The position numbers and the translations under genes were made by a program. Positions 52,476-64,000 of a stretch of DNA of 64,000 bases are shown here, piece by piece (the stretch's first letter is position 1; the number at the start of each line of letters is the position of its first letter). The stretch comes from Eledone cirrhosa. Taxonomy: Eukaryota. The stretch is taken from assembly GCA_964016885.1 (NCBI GenBank), contig OZ024748.1, forward strand, positions 10,540,001 to 10,604,000, read 5' to 3'. The notes beneath the pieces are model-generated. The model was not told the DNA's origin, ran no database searches, and saw only the letters and a list, made by a program, of their open reading frames with translations.

Positions 52476-52969
52476 CAACTCCTTCAGATACTTGTAAATA
52501 TTTACAAATACATGAAGGTGTTGGCGTGTTTACGACCACGAAACCACCGGTAATGCATAAATCAGTCAATTATTTATGTTTATATATATATACACAACAT
52601 GATGCAAGCAAAATGTTCTTGCATTAGTTTATTTGGCTTGCATCTTCTCCCTTTTGGAGACTTTGGCATAAGTTAAACTGTGTTTATAATATATATATAT
52701 AAATACATATACGTATGTATGTGTGTGTGCGTGCGTGCGCGTATAATCCTTGACATTTGTATACTTGGCTATTTGTGCATTATATATATATATATATATA
52801 TATAACGAATTAAGAGTGAATAACCAATTTAGACTTATAAATCTGTATATGTGATGATTATATATATAATTTCAATCGTTGGCAATGTGAAAAGTAAATA
52901 ATAATAAAAACACACAATCAAACAATACAATCACACATACAAGTTCAAGATACACCAACCTTCACTCAT
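40433..52969 (-). CDS. LARP7: La-related protein 7 (La motif, RRM1, basic/acidic linker, xRRM), ~630 aa, 13 coding exons
   Basis: Minus-strand exons: 52969-52960 (ATG AGT GAA G; least certain), 49683-49604, 48546-48468 (MEFYFSNSNLHKDRFF), 47124-47024 (YIDLSLFLTFNRIKILT), 46792-46712 (DDRTVYV), 46474-46310 (ELLP...YVSLPRYKTTGDLKQFAFVEFET), 45804-45705 (KPGKFPK), 44882-44108, 43900-43803 (KEWLKYKSEYL), 43022-42919, 42093-41949 (IAYIDV...AFVRCK), 41700-41606 (EKCYWDKLKADR...KKRGTLK) and 40492-40433 (LIDKMEK...IYFDD*). The sum is 1893 nt and all phases are consistent. Confidence 0.93.
42549..42732 (+). mobile_element. tRNA-derived SINE, second family (representative copy)
   Basis: ttggcagtatcggtagag...gagttcaaatcccgccgaggttaactttgcctttcatcc...ggtcgataaaataaagtaccagt...gcctaaaatagaaacaatt. 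Related copies at ~14995, 34380-34900, 42125-42360 (-), 56825, 57915 and 61225-61630 (-). Confidence 0.75.
43391..43738. repeat. Foldback-like repeat: inverted ends around a compound minisatellite
   Basis: aggagtgaaagatgaaagacaaaca / tgtttgtctttcatctttcactcct flank tandem agagacagagacacctcag(TA)n units in both orientations. Confidence 0.8.
44108..44882 (-). CDS. LARP7: LARP7 large low-complexity linker exon
   Basis: Covers ORF 44104-44871; K/R/S/E-rich and ends LRVISK|gtgagt. Confidence 0.9.
46115..46285. repeat. ~30-bp purine-rich minisatellite in a LARP7 intron
   Basis: acacagaagatgaaagaa..acagatgaaa repeated ~5 times. Confidence 0.85.
49750..50050 (+). mobile_element. Degenerate CR1/L2-like LINE 3' fragment
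   Basis: Reads HDFRKH..LRVAEAWNKL.ASVV...SFK, typical of a CR1-group ORF2 end. Confidence 0.55.
50410..50475 (+). ncRNA. Minimal type I hammerhead ribozyme-like motif (Penelope-type)
   Basis: Stem I tattttat/ataaaata, CTGATGA core, stem II aag..cacca/tggtg..ctt, GAAA, short near-palindromic stem III atatgtat, predicted UA cleavage site at 50466-50467. Confidence 0.5.
50600..51118. repeat. Long near-perfect palindrome (~250-bp arms, 2-nt loop)
   Basis: The arms are reverse complements around 50868-50869; mirror-image ORFs at 50741-50980 (+) and 50755-50994 (-). Confidence 0.95.
51148..51670 (-). mobile_element. 3' fragment of a related RTE-like LINE
   Basis: ORF 51164-51652 ([20 protein letters not shown]...[12 protein letters not shown]) is homologous to the 23293-24966 ORF; (GAT)n tail. 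Confidence 0.9.
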
Positions 52970-53560
52970 GATTCTGTTTGATGTATTGAGAAGGTTTCTA
53001 GTAGGAAAACACAACGAACAGCACTAACCATTAGGTTAAACAAAAACAGCGTGTCTTGATGGCGATAATAAATACTGGTCCTGTTTCAATTATAGCTGCA
53101 GTTTAAAACAGCTATTTAATGGTGGTAGCAATAATAAATAGCACTATATATTACCCCAAGGGGTAGTATATAAAGCGGTTAACGCGTTTGCGTATATATA
53201 ATTATATATAGATACCTAGACGGGTAGATATAGATAGGTGAAATAGAGAGATGATATATAATTGATGCTAACAGGAACAAGCTTCCATAACGACTGTTGT
53301 ATCTTATAAGATAAACTGGAAGAGAGTCGTCTTGTGACATGGCCTGTGATTGGTCGGTTCCGACCAATGAGTTGATTTCTTGCAAACAGTTACGTGCTTA
53401 GATGTTGTAATGTGACGGAGCGGCGTGGTGGAAATAGTGGTTCAATTCCCAATGTAAGAAAGGACAGCAGCGGCAAAAAGAATAACTGCTAATTAATCGA
53501 TGGCAGAAGGAGAGAGTGATAGATAGGGAGATCGAGAAAAGGAGAACGAAACGTACGTGA
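52970..53560. promoter_or_regulatory. Putative bidirectional promoter between LARP7 and the ankyrin gene
   Basis: Head-to-head genes with ATGs ~880 bp apart. Locally CpG-richer sequence and a palindrome attggtcgg-tt-ccgaccaat (53349-53368) carrying a CCAAT box on each strand. Confidence 0.6.
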
Positions 53561-53846
53561 CTGGGAGAACCTCTTAGTGTCAGAAAGAGAGAGAGAGAAA
53601 GCTATATACACACAAACATATTTGTATATTTATACATCGATAAACGCAAACGCACTATATACACACACATACATACCCATACACACACATATATATGTAT
53701 ATATATATATACATATACAGCTTTATGTATTTATTATATGTCAAGATGTTTTGGTGAAATGTCAATGTTAGCTAGCTAGAATGGTGCTTATTTGCTAGAT
53801 GAAGTTGTAAAGTCAAGTGTTAACTGAGGTAAAAATCTGTGTGGAA

Positions 53847-55125
53847 ATGGCAACAATTTCCAGTCGAATGGATCGTCACGAGGAATTAGTCAGTGCTAAA
53901 GATGCTGTTGGCAACACATCAGCAGAATATTCTATGTTGATGCATGGAATCAACACTTGTGCAGCCCCTCTTGTACATCAGATAGTCCGACAAAACCCAC
54001 AATTAGTCCACCAAAAAGGTCTGTTTTACGCTTATTTTTCCTTTATTACCTATTTCATCCCTGAAAAAAAAAAAAAATGAAAATTAAACGCCCTCGTCCT
54101 TTTTTCATCTTCTGATCTTTTTCTACTTTTACTCTCTTTTTCTGTTTCCTTATCTCTTTCTTTCTCTTCATCTTTTCTCTTCTGTTTTTCTCTCTCGTCG
54201 TCCTTTTTTCTCCTTTTCCTTTCTTTATCTTATCTATTCTATACTCTCTCTCTCTCTCTTTCTCTCTTTTCTTCCATTTTCTATTTTTCTTTATTTCCGT
54301 CTCCTCCCTTTCTCTCACTCTTCTCGTCTTTTCTCTTTCCTTTCTTCACCTTTTCTATTTTATTTATCTTTCATATAGCTCTCTCTCACTCTCCCGCTTT
54401 TTCTTTTTCTCGCGCGCTCTCCCACTCTCTTTCTTTCTCTTCGCCCTCTTTTCTCTCACTGTGTTTTTATCATTATCAATCTCTCTCTCTATTTCTCACC
54501 AGACATACATATAGAGAAATATAAGACAACTAGCAAGTAACTATACGATTAACTATCAAATACGTATAAACACACACACATGCATGCGGATGTATACACA
54601 TATATCTCTCATCTTGATTTATTTTATTAAGAAATATATCAATTTTTGGTTTCTTTACCCACCAGCCCTTATATTTTTGTTTTTATTTATTAGCGTCTCT
54701 TTCTGTCATTCCATTAGTTAATTAGTCCTTCATACGCACACATTTTCTCTCTCACCCTCACTTAAATTAGCTAATTAAGCGATCACACGTTCTCGAACTG
54801 GTTTGGTCTTTCCCTTACTTTTCTCTCTCTTCCCATCTTTCCTTATTTTACTTTCTTACTTTCCTTGTCACCTTCCTTTCCTTTTTTTTATATCTCCCTC
54901 ACTTCTTTTCTACATATGTTTCTCTCTCTCATCTCTCCCCTTTATCTATCTCACTCTCTCCTTTAAGTGTTTCGCTTTCCCTTTCTCTCTCTATTCATTA
55001 GTCTGTTAGATCTTCTCTACGTTACTTTATTATTCACTTTCTCTTTCTTACTCTATATTAGTTAATATCGTTTTTTGGTCGCCCTCTTTTTTAATTATAT
55101 ATTACTTTTTTTTCTCTCACTTCCC

Positions 55126-55180
<55 letters not shown>

Positions 55181-58100
55181 ACATAACAAACAACAGGTAG
55201 AGTAAAACCCAGAGGAAACAATAGTAATAGTAGATGCTATTGCCGGAAATGTTGCCCAAACGAATCCAAAGACCAAGTTTTCGGTGACACGACATAGCTA
55301 ATGATTTCTAACCTAGGCTCAAAACCAGCCATTTTAATCGATGATATTCAATCGACCACAATACTCGACGGGTACATGTTTTATCGACTTCGGAGAGATC
55401 TGAACCCCAACGTAAATAGCCGTTACTAAAATACTATAATAAATATAGTCCGGTGCTCTACCGATTCTACCATACACAAACTAGTTTATTTATGTTAGTA
55501 TAAAGCATGGCAAAAGTCATGGGCGAACCGCGGACCGTTTGGCTTTCTGAATGGCCCGCCTAACTCTAAAATGGCCTTGAATTTTTTAGTAGTGCGGCCC
55601 GCCATATGATAAGCCTCATCCTATGCGGCCCACTGCTCGAAAAAGGTTGCCCACGCCTGGTATAAAGCTTCAGTTTATTTTAGGGATTTTCTTTTAGCGA
55701 CACCGTGAGGGAATAAAAGGCTATATTGTTGCTCTGGTCCTTTATCCCTTATGCAACCCAACTAACTACAAGCCTGATTTCAACGTATGTATGTATATAT
55801 CAGACATGTCAAACTGAGTATCCTCCGAGGGTCACATATGAGTTGTCTGAGAACCACACACGACAGTTAATTGATCACGTTACAACTCATTTTTTAAATT
55901 TCATATTATGAAGATAAAACATGCTCGCGCTGTAAAAACCTTTATGCGGGCCGCATGTGTGCTTGTAAAGGGCCGCATGTGTGCTTGTAAAGGGCCGCAT
56001 GCTTGACATGCCTAGTGTATATGTAGGTGTGTATGTTTGTATGTACCCGTAGCTCCCGGTGGAGTTGTAAGAGCGCCTTAGTGACTTACGGTGTTCCTGG
56101 GGTATTTTAAACACGTTTAGAATAAATTATGCTCCTTTGATATTGAGTTCAAATCCCGCCTAGCTTAGCCTTGCCTTTCATTGTTATAGGGTCGTAAATA
56201 AAATAAAATATCAGTAACGTATTGGGGTTGATTTAATCGATTTTTCCCCTTTCTCTTCAAATTGTTGATCTTGTGCCCCAAAGTAGAAACAATTATTAAA
56301 CTAAGAGTGGCTTTGAACCTCTACCTGTGTTGGTTGTGGTATAGGGCCAGTACATTGATCCTGGGATGGGTGTGGGTGCAAGGATGGGATCCGTGAATAT
56401 CTGATCTCTCCCCCTCCATAATGCCTCATAACTCCATTAAAAATTCCTCCAACCAAGCCACCCGGAATCAAAACCTGTCTTGTTTCGCCTTGCAACATTT
56501 TTCTCACGGGCCCCTGATGACTGGTGCAGTAGCATGGCCACAGCCAAATGACTGAACCTAAACAACAACAAAAGTACTGGAGTTATTGTAATGACTGGAG
56601 CTAAAGAACAACAACAACAAATTAAATGCAGGAGTTATTGTAATGTAACTGGTGGTGCTCCAATATGGCCAGTCCAATATAACAGAAAGCCAGTAAAAGA
56701 ATAAAGAGAACATTCCATCTGTTTACCAAATACCAAAGATATATATATATAATATATATTTATAATAATATATATATATTATGTATATATAATATATACA
56801 TAATATATATATTATATATATTAAGGGCGGTGGATTGGCAGTATCAGTAGAGGGTCGGACGCCATAGTTACGTCCCTTTACGATCCCGCCGAGGTTGACT
56901 TTGCCTTTCATCCTTACGGGGTCGATAAAATAAAGTACCAGTAATGCACTGGGTAATTGCTAGCCTTGTGCCTAAAGTAGAAACAATTATATATATATTA
57001 TGTATATATAATATATACATAATATATATATAGTCATCATCATCATCACCGTTTACGTCCGTTCTTCCACACTAGCATGGGTTAGACGGGTTGTCCTGTT
57101 GTGGGCAGTGTCTGGTCGGCTGACCATGCCTTGCTCATACAGGAACTGATTTGGCTTGATTTCTACAGCTGGATGCCCTTCCTAACACCAACCTCATTTA
57201 CAGTGAGTGCTGGGTGCTTTTTCGTGGCGCCTACACGCCCACTTTACAGTGTGGGCTGGGTGCTTTTTTGCTGTGGCACCTCCATGACCACCTTGCAGTG
57301 GGAGGGTGTGGGGGCATATTGTCTATATGCTTCAGCTTGTACCCATGGGAGGTCGGGTACTCTGTATTACTGCGTGACGCCAGAGGTCATGGTCGTGTGC
57401 CATCGCCTTGGAGAGGTGTAATTGGGTAAGGTCGGCTTTTATCACCTCATCCCTGGTCATCTTGGGTATATATATATATATATATACACTGAATTCTACT
57501 TATACATCCTTTTCCTTGATTTCCCCGGAGTTTATGAAATTATTGATTAATTGTTCAGAATAGATGTAAAACTGGACAACTATAGACTGGATGAATTAAT
57601 ATTGTTTATAACGGCAACAGCAGCAACAATTGCTTTCTTTTTTTGTTTTGTGTGTTTGTATGTGTAAATATGTGTGTGGAGTTAAGGAGTTCGTTCTGCA
57701 ACCATGTGGATGTGGTTTCCAGTTCGGTCCCACTCACTGCGTGTTATCTTGGTCAGGGTTGAGATAATTTAGAAGAGAGGACCTCTGAGGAAACCACTAT
57801 GTGTGTGTTTGTTGAACTCACTGTCATTCACTCCATAATCATGTGGTTTCCAGTTTGGTCCCATTGACTACTTGATACCTTAGGCAAGTATTTTCTACTA
57901 ATACTGTGGATTGGTGAATTGGCAGAGTCATTAGAACATCGGATACAATACTTTCTGCTCTCAAATCCCGCCGAGATCAACTTTGACTTTCAGCTATTTG
58001 TGGTCAATAAAAAAAAGTACCAGCAAAATACTGGAGTCGATTCTTCCTCTATATCTCTTTCTCACTTCCATTTTCTCACTCTCTCTATCCTTCTTTGGAA

Positions 58101-61100
58101 GAAATCTTCTATATTCAAACTTGGAAAGGAGATGGACTCTACCAGGTTTTAAAATACCTTAGAAACACTATGTCAATACGGCACTGCTACAACTCCACTA
58201 TGAGTTATGGGACCATGCATGCAGGTTGACCAAGGCTATTGCGTGTATGTGACTGTATGGATGTGTATCTGTCTCCATGCATCTTCATATTGACAATGTT
58301 TAACCCTTTAGCCTTTACATTACTCTATATTTACTATTGTATTTCCGCGGTAAAGGCTTCACCTCACATAATTATCTCACTTAATATTGAATTTATGAGA
58401 TTTTAATATTATTTATTTTGAGAACAATACCTTAACATTAGTATGAGTGGTCAGTTATGGCCAGTTTGAACAGAAAGAGATGAGAGACGCCTGTCTGGAT
58501 ACAGCTGGTTTAAATGCTGAAGGGTTAAAGCAAACAGTAATGTGTTTTTTGTTCTGTCCAACAGCTTATCATCTCAAAGTAGGTTAAATTTGCTGGTATA
58601 GATTGAAACATATGGCTATCTGTATTGACCTACTTTGATCTGTAATGACATTGATCTTTAATGACCTACTTTGATGTGTAATGACTTGCTTTCATCTGTA
58701 ATGACTTACTTTCATCTGTAATGACTTACTTTCATCTGTAATGACTTACTTTCATCTGTAATGATTTACTTTCATCTGTAAGGACTTATTTTCATCTGTA
58801 ATGAATTGCTTTCATCTGTAAGGACTTATTTTCATCTGTAATGAATTGCTTTCATCTGCAATTACTTACTAATGGACAGAACATTGTAAAGAATTTATTT
58901 TTCTTAATGTGAAGCAGTTGTATGAGCAGTTTTGTGCTTTACTTCAAAACCATCTTGCAAATGTGGTTGCATGCAGTACAGGATCTTCTTGTCGTGTCCA
59001 CAAGATTGTCAGTTACAAAGCTTGGCTAGATGTGGTTCTGTCACAGCTGAACACATTGCTGTCCTTTCTCATTAAACTCTGCCAAGTCCAATGCTGTGCA
59101 GGGCTGTTCCAGTAGGGGGCATATCAGGAGTTGCTGCGTAGCTGGTGGTTCAAGGCCGCAGTCACACACAACGTCCCCATCCTTTAAATATCCCCATTTT
59201 GCAAGATTGACAGGATGTCAAGAGTTAAACAATGATTTAAATTTTTTCACATTTCCATTCTGTTTATCCAGGCTGGCATTCTCAGACTCCATTGCATAAA
59301 GCATCTCTTGGAGGTGACTGGACTATAATCTACCTACTGTTGGAGGCTGGTGCTGACCCAAACACATGCAATGATTTCGATGAAACACCACTGCACTATG
59401 TGTGTCGCCGAGGAATTGCATCCAATGTGCACCTAATGTTGCAACACAATGCAAACATCCAGCTGGCGGACAAACAAGGACGATCAGCAGTGCATCATGC
59501 TGCACAAAGCGGAAGTGTGTGCGTATTACATCATTTCTTTTTATATTGCAGTTGTAATCCTGTGTATTACATTTATGATTATCATATTGTCAGACTATTT
59601 TTTTCTTTTTTAATCCTTTAGCTTTTACATTACTCTATATATACTATTGTATTTTCATGGTAAAGGCTTTATCTCACATAATATTAAATCTACAAGATTT
59701 TGATATTTATTTTGAGAACAATACCTTAACATTGGTATGAGCGGCCAATTACAGCTGGTTTGATTAGAAAGAGGTGACAGAATTCTGGCTGGATTCAGCC
59801 AGTTTAAATGCTAATTGGTTAAATATTAATTATGCAGTTCTCCCCATGTAAAATATCTGGGGATTGAACAGAGAAGATATAGGGTAGAGAAGGTTTTTTA
59901 GTAATGTTGAGTGTATGACAATCTCTCCAGTGTTGAGGCCATGATAAAATTCACCCAGTACACTCTGTAAAGTGGTTGACAATTGAATGGAGCCAATGTA
60001 GGATAGAGAAGATTCTTTAGTCTGGCTGAGGTCATGATGACCTCTCTAGTGTTGGTGCCATAATAAAAATATATAAGTATTATTTTAGATAAAATAAAAG
60101 TACCAGTAATGCACTGGGGTATTGCTGGCTTTGTGGCAAAAGTAGAAACAATTATTGTTATAGTGTGTTAGATATATTAATGTAACAAAGTGAAAGGCAT
60201 TCCATCTGTGACCATCCCATTACTATATTGTCAAATGTAGACCTATCTTTTGTGACACGATGTCACCCATTCACCGTTTATCATGTTGTTTATCACAGTA
60301 TTAGGTCAGCAATCTGCTTTCACTCTCTTCCTCTCTCTCACTCTCACTCTCACTCTCTATAGTTTGTGTGATGTTTTACAGGTGAGACATAATGTTATTT
60401 AACCCTAAGTTAACTCTGTTTGATTAAACATCTACCATAACTTTCTTCCAAAATTGGTGCCGACTTATAGGGTGAGAATGAAGTGTGAAACTTCACTGCT
60501 GAACTTAGAACATGTAAAGCTGAGCTCCTAACAACCACTCACTCCACTCAACTAACTGTAGCCCCAGCAAGTTACCACAGATATTTCAAATTAAAAAACC
60601 AATGGACTTATTTAACTCTTTATCTAACCCTTATTTAACTCAATAGCTTTGTCCTTAATCCTTTAGCATTTAAACCAGCCATATCCAGCCAGAATTCTCT
60701 CACCTCTTTCTGTTCAAACCAGCTGTAACCGGCTGCTCATACTTATGTTATGGTATTGTTCTCAAAATAAATAACATCAAAATCTCATTGATTCGATATT
60801 ATGTGAGATAATTATGTGAGGTAAAATCTTTACTATGAAAATACAATAGTATATATAGAGTAATGTAAATACTAATGTGTTAATGCTTAATGTTCTATAT
60901 AACATGAAACCACATTAACAAGACATTATTGAAAAGTATAACACATTAGCATGACTGCAGCACATTAAAAATTGAAGTCTTCAGTATGCTGCATATTTTC
61001 ACAGCATTCATTCAGTCATTCACAATTAGCAAACCTGTTTTTCAATATTTCCTGCAAAATCATTACAGGTTGTTAAGAGTTAATGTATTTAAGAGACTAC

Positions 61101-62380
61101 TGCTTTATATAAGATGGTAATGATTTTTTAATTTAGGTTCACGGTCAGAAGTTTTGTAAGGAAGGGACAGTTGATTATATTGACCCCAATACCTGACTTG
61201 ACCTAGCAAGGGGGATATAAAATAATAATTGTTTCTACTTTTGGCACAAGGCCAGCAATTACTCAGTGCATTACTGGTACTTTATTCTATCGACCCCGTA
61301 AGGATGAAAGGCAAAGTCAACCTCGGCGGGATTTGAACTCAAACCGTAAAGGGACGTAACTATGCTGGAAAGCATGGCGTCCGACCCTCTACCGATACTG
61401 CCAATCCACCGGGATATAAAATAATAATGGTTTCTGATTTAAGCACAAGGCCAACAATTTTGAGGGAGGGGAAAGTTGATTAAATCAATCCCAATGTATT
61501 ACTGGTACTTTATTTTATCGACTCCGTGAGGATGAACGGCGAAGTTAACCGCGACAGGCGTTGAACTGAGAATGTAAAGCAATGTAACTCTATGCCATAA
61601 AGCATGTTATTCAACTCTCTTACCAATACTAAGGGACTTAAATGTTAATTTCATGAGCAGGCTGCTCCATTGATCAAGCAACTGGAGCATGCATTGTTGA
61701 AATATTCCATATAATCCTTAAGACAGCCATCAACAAGAACAACTACAGTAGACTCTATCATATATTTGGACATTGAAATTTATGATAAATATGGCTCTAA
61801 CACACGACTTTGACTTTAAAATCTTTGGATTGACTTGTATGCTGTAATGTACAATCTGTTGTTGTTTTTATTGAGACATGATTGAGCAGATGTTGTTGTT
61901 CAGCCTTGATTGAGCAGATGTTGTTGTTCAGCCTTGATTGAGCAGATGTTGTTGTTCAGCCTTGATTGAGCAGATGTTGTTGTTCAGCCTTGATTGAGCA
62001 GGCATTGTTGTTTTTGTTGCTTCTGTTGAGCTGCAATTATACAAATGTCATTGATATTATTGAGTCTTGATTGAGCTGACATTGTTGTTGAGCCATGACT
62101 GAGCAGATGTTGAGCCAACCTTGTTGCTATTGAGCTGTGATTATACAGACATCATTGATATTGATGAGTCTTGATTGAGTTTACCTTTTTGTTGTCGAGC
62201 CTTGATTGAGCTAACCTTCTTGATGTGTGTTTTCCCATTTCTTGTAGATGTGTTCTCCATTACCTGACCAGTATCCATAATTTGAGTCTTCAAGTGATGG
62301 ACAACAACCTTCAGACTCCCCTCCATATTGTCTGTCAAATGGGTCACTTGGAAGCACTGAAATATCTTACCAAAAACCAG
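53847..62380 (+). CDS. Ankyrin-repeat protein, 3'-partial
   Basis: Exons 53847-54018 (MATISS...LVHQK|G), 59272-59518 (GWHSQTPLHKASLGGD...ETPLHYVCRRG...GRSAVHHAAQSGS) and 62248-62380 (QTPLHIVCQMGHLEALKYL). Phases 1 and 2 are consistent and there are multiple TPLH ankyrin motifs. No stop codon is reached; orthology cannot be assigned from this part. Confidence 0.85.
57033..57465 (-). mobile_element. Short 3' fragment of an RTE-like LINE (3' UTR plus ORF end)
   Basis: Similar to 22941-23420, with a (cat)n tail, ggatgcccttcctaacaccaac and cttggagaggtgtaa. Confidence 0.75.
58300..58527. mobile_element. TTAA-flanked MITE, third family
   Basis: ttaa|ccctttagc ... gctgaaggg|ttaa. Relatives at ~47284-47605, ~59611-59822 and ~60655-60883. 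Confidence 0.7.
58627..58870. repeat. Minisatellite, 20-bp unit
   Basis: aatgacttactttcatctgt repeated ~10-12 times. Confidence 0.9.
61879..62000. repeat. Minisatellite, 28-bp unit x4 with degenerate copies to ~62215
   Basis: tgattgagcagatgttgttgttcagcct repeated. Confidence 0.9.
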
Positions 62381-64000
62381 GTTCTTGCATTTGTTCTTTT
62401 CTTCTTTCATCATCATTAAACACATGCTAGCAAGGGTTGGACAGATCATCAACAGACCAGGTCAATACTAAAAGGGGGCTACTGAACTCTCGCATGAGCT
62501 GGAGGCCTCCATCTCACTTACATTTATTACTGCCCTCTACCAACTGCTCAGATATGGCTGGGGAGAGGGGCACATCTCGTTTACATTTGCTATCAGCCTC
62601 TACAGACCACCACAGATTGGTTAGTGGTCTACGTCTCATTTACATATTATATATTCCCACCTTCTGCCAAGTGACAGATGAGCCAGAGGCCTGCATCTCT
62701 TGTGTGCATCTTATGGCACCAGCACTAGGTTTTTATGTCTGTGATACAACTAAAGAATCATTCCTGATCCTTTCAATATTTTTGTATTTACTATTATTGA
62801 TAGCACTGATTTTGACAAAACCTGTAGAATGACATAAAATATTGCTATGTTGTGTTGAGTTACATTCGTTTATATTCTGTGTTGACAGTGTGGATGTGAA
62901 GATGTATACACAATACATGTATACATACACAAATACATATATACATGCAAACACACATACATATATATAGATCCACACATACATATACATAGATACACAC
63001 ATATATATACATATATGATGGCTGCAAACTCACACAAACTCATTGCAATTGTTTGTCAAATTCACATGGGCGACGCTCGGGTATATCTTTCAAGCCTGCC
63101 AGAGACTTGAACTCCTTGGCACATTGACAACAACTATCGATCTCCTTGGCATTAGGTTGCCTGTGAACTTTCACATGCTGCTTCAGTCCTGCTATAGATC
63201 GACATTCTTTGCCACATTCATTACATATATACATACATACATACATAGACATATATATACACACATAGAGCCCAATTAAATTAGCACTTACCACTCACAG
63301 CTAAAGTGTGAGTGGTAAGTGTCGTTGTTCATTACATGATGACTGACTTCGGCTTTCATCTTTACAAATTGGGGCTGGAAGCAGCTTTTCTGATCACTTT
63401 AGAATAGAGCCTTATAATTTACAATAACTCACTGATAACAAGATCAATAACCGGGTGATAACATTAAGCAAAGGATATAACAGTAGAGTGTGATTTGAGG
63501 GAGACTTGGCTCTTGTTTTTATTATATCCAGTGATTTCATCCGGGGGGTCTTCGTATGACGCGGTTTTTAGGACGTTTTTTGTTTGTTTTCGAAGTAAGC
63601 AAAGCAGTTATCTCCCTTGTATTACTTATTCTGAGAAGATATGTAGTTAGACGTATTTAGATATTCTCAGGTCTCGTATATAATGCATTCCCCCCTCCCC
63701 CTAGCTAATCTATTTCCTGCGAAATTTTATTTTAAGTGGTAACATACATGACAAAAAAAAGTACATTACTAGAAATCTCAAGTTATAAAATAAATAGGAT
63801 GGGTTGGGGTCTCAATATGTAAACTAAATGATTAATTCTGATTTTAAAAAAAATCAACGGAGACAACCTAGAAAAATTACCGATCCCCCCCCCCCCCTTT
63901 GCTTATTCCAACTCTCCCTATTATTTGGGACCAATGAGTGTGTGTATGTATATGCATGTATGTATATATGTATAACTTTGATAGGTATTGGCCCAGGCCA

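Noticed and set aside
40500-52950. miR-302/367-like cluster or 7SK/U6 gene in LARP7 introns
   Set aside because: The miRNA cluster is a vertebrate feature, and I could not recognise any of these sequences by eye.
58627-58870. CRISPR-like periodic repeat (also 13192-13277 and 61879-62000)
   Set aside because: Head-to-tail minisatellites without unique spacers, in eukaryotic DNA with no cas genes.
63040-63230. C2H2-like motifs (CNECGKECRSIAGLKQHVKVH) on the minus strand
   Set aside because: The second finger is broken, the region abuts a microsatellite and there is no splice context; most likely a retroelement fragment.

Overview
AT-rich, microsatellite-dense animal genomic DNA with spliced genes. 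The SINE/LINE repertoire and simple-repeat load suggest an octopus-like coleoid cephalopod (inference). I reconstructed three intron-containing genes by hand from GT-AG sites and reading-frame phase. (1) SMARCE1/BAF57, a SWI/SNF subunit, on + at 4728-31247; its 5' end lies outside the window. (2) LARP7 on - at 52969-40433, with 13 coding exons (~630 aa). (3) An ankyrin-repeat gene on + from 53847, head-to-head with LARP7 and probably continuing past the window end. The main finding is an intact DD34D mariner transposase ORF (29462-30523) in the last SMARCE1 intron. It has no visible TIRs, but it has its own strong splice acceptor (AG at 29416-29417) in exact frame with the upstream SMARCE1 exon, and its own AATAAA signals. 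This looks like a domesticated SMARCE1-mariner fusion isoform, analogous to SETMAR and CSB-PGBD3. Also present are RTE LINEs with partner SINEs, TTAA piggyBac-type MITEs, a ~520-bp palindrome and minimal hammerhead-like motifs in LARP7 intron 1, a CTCF-like motif, and a palindromic double-CCAAT bidirectional promoter.
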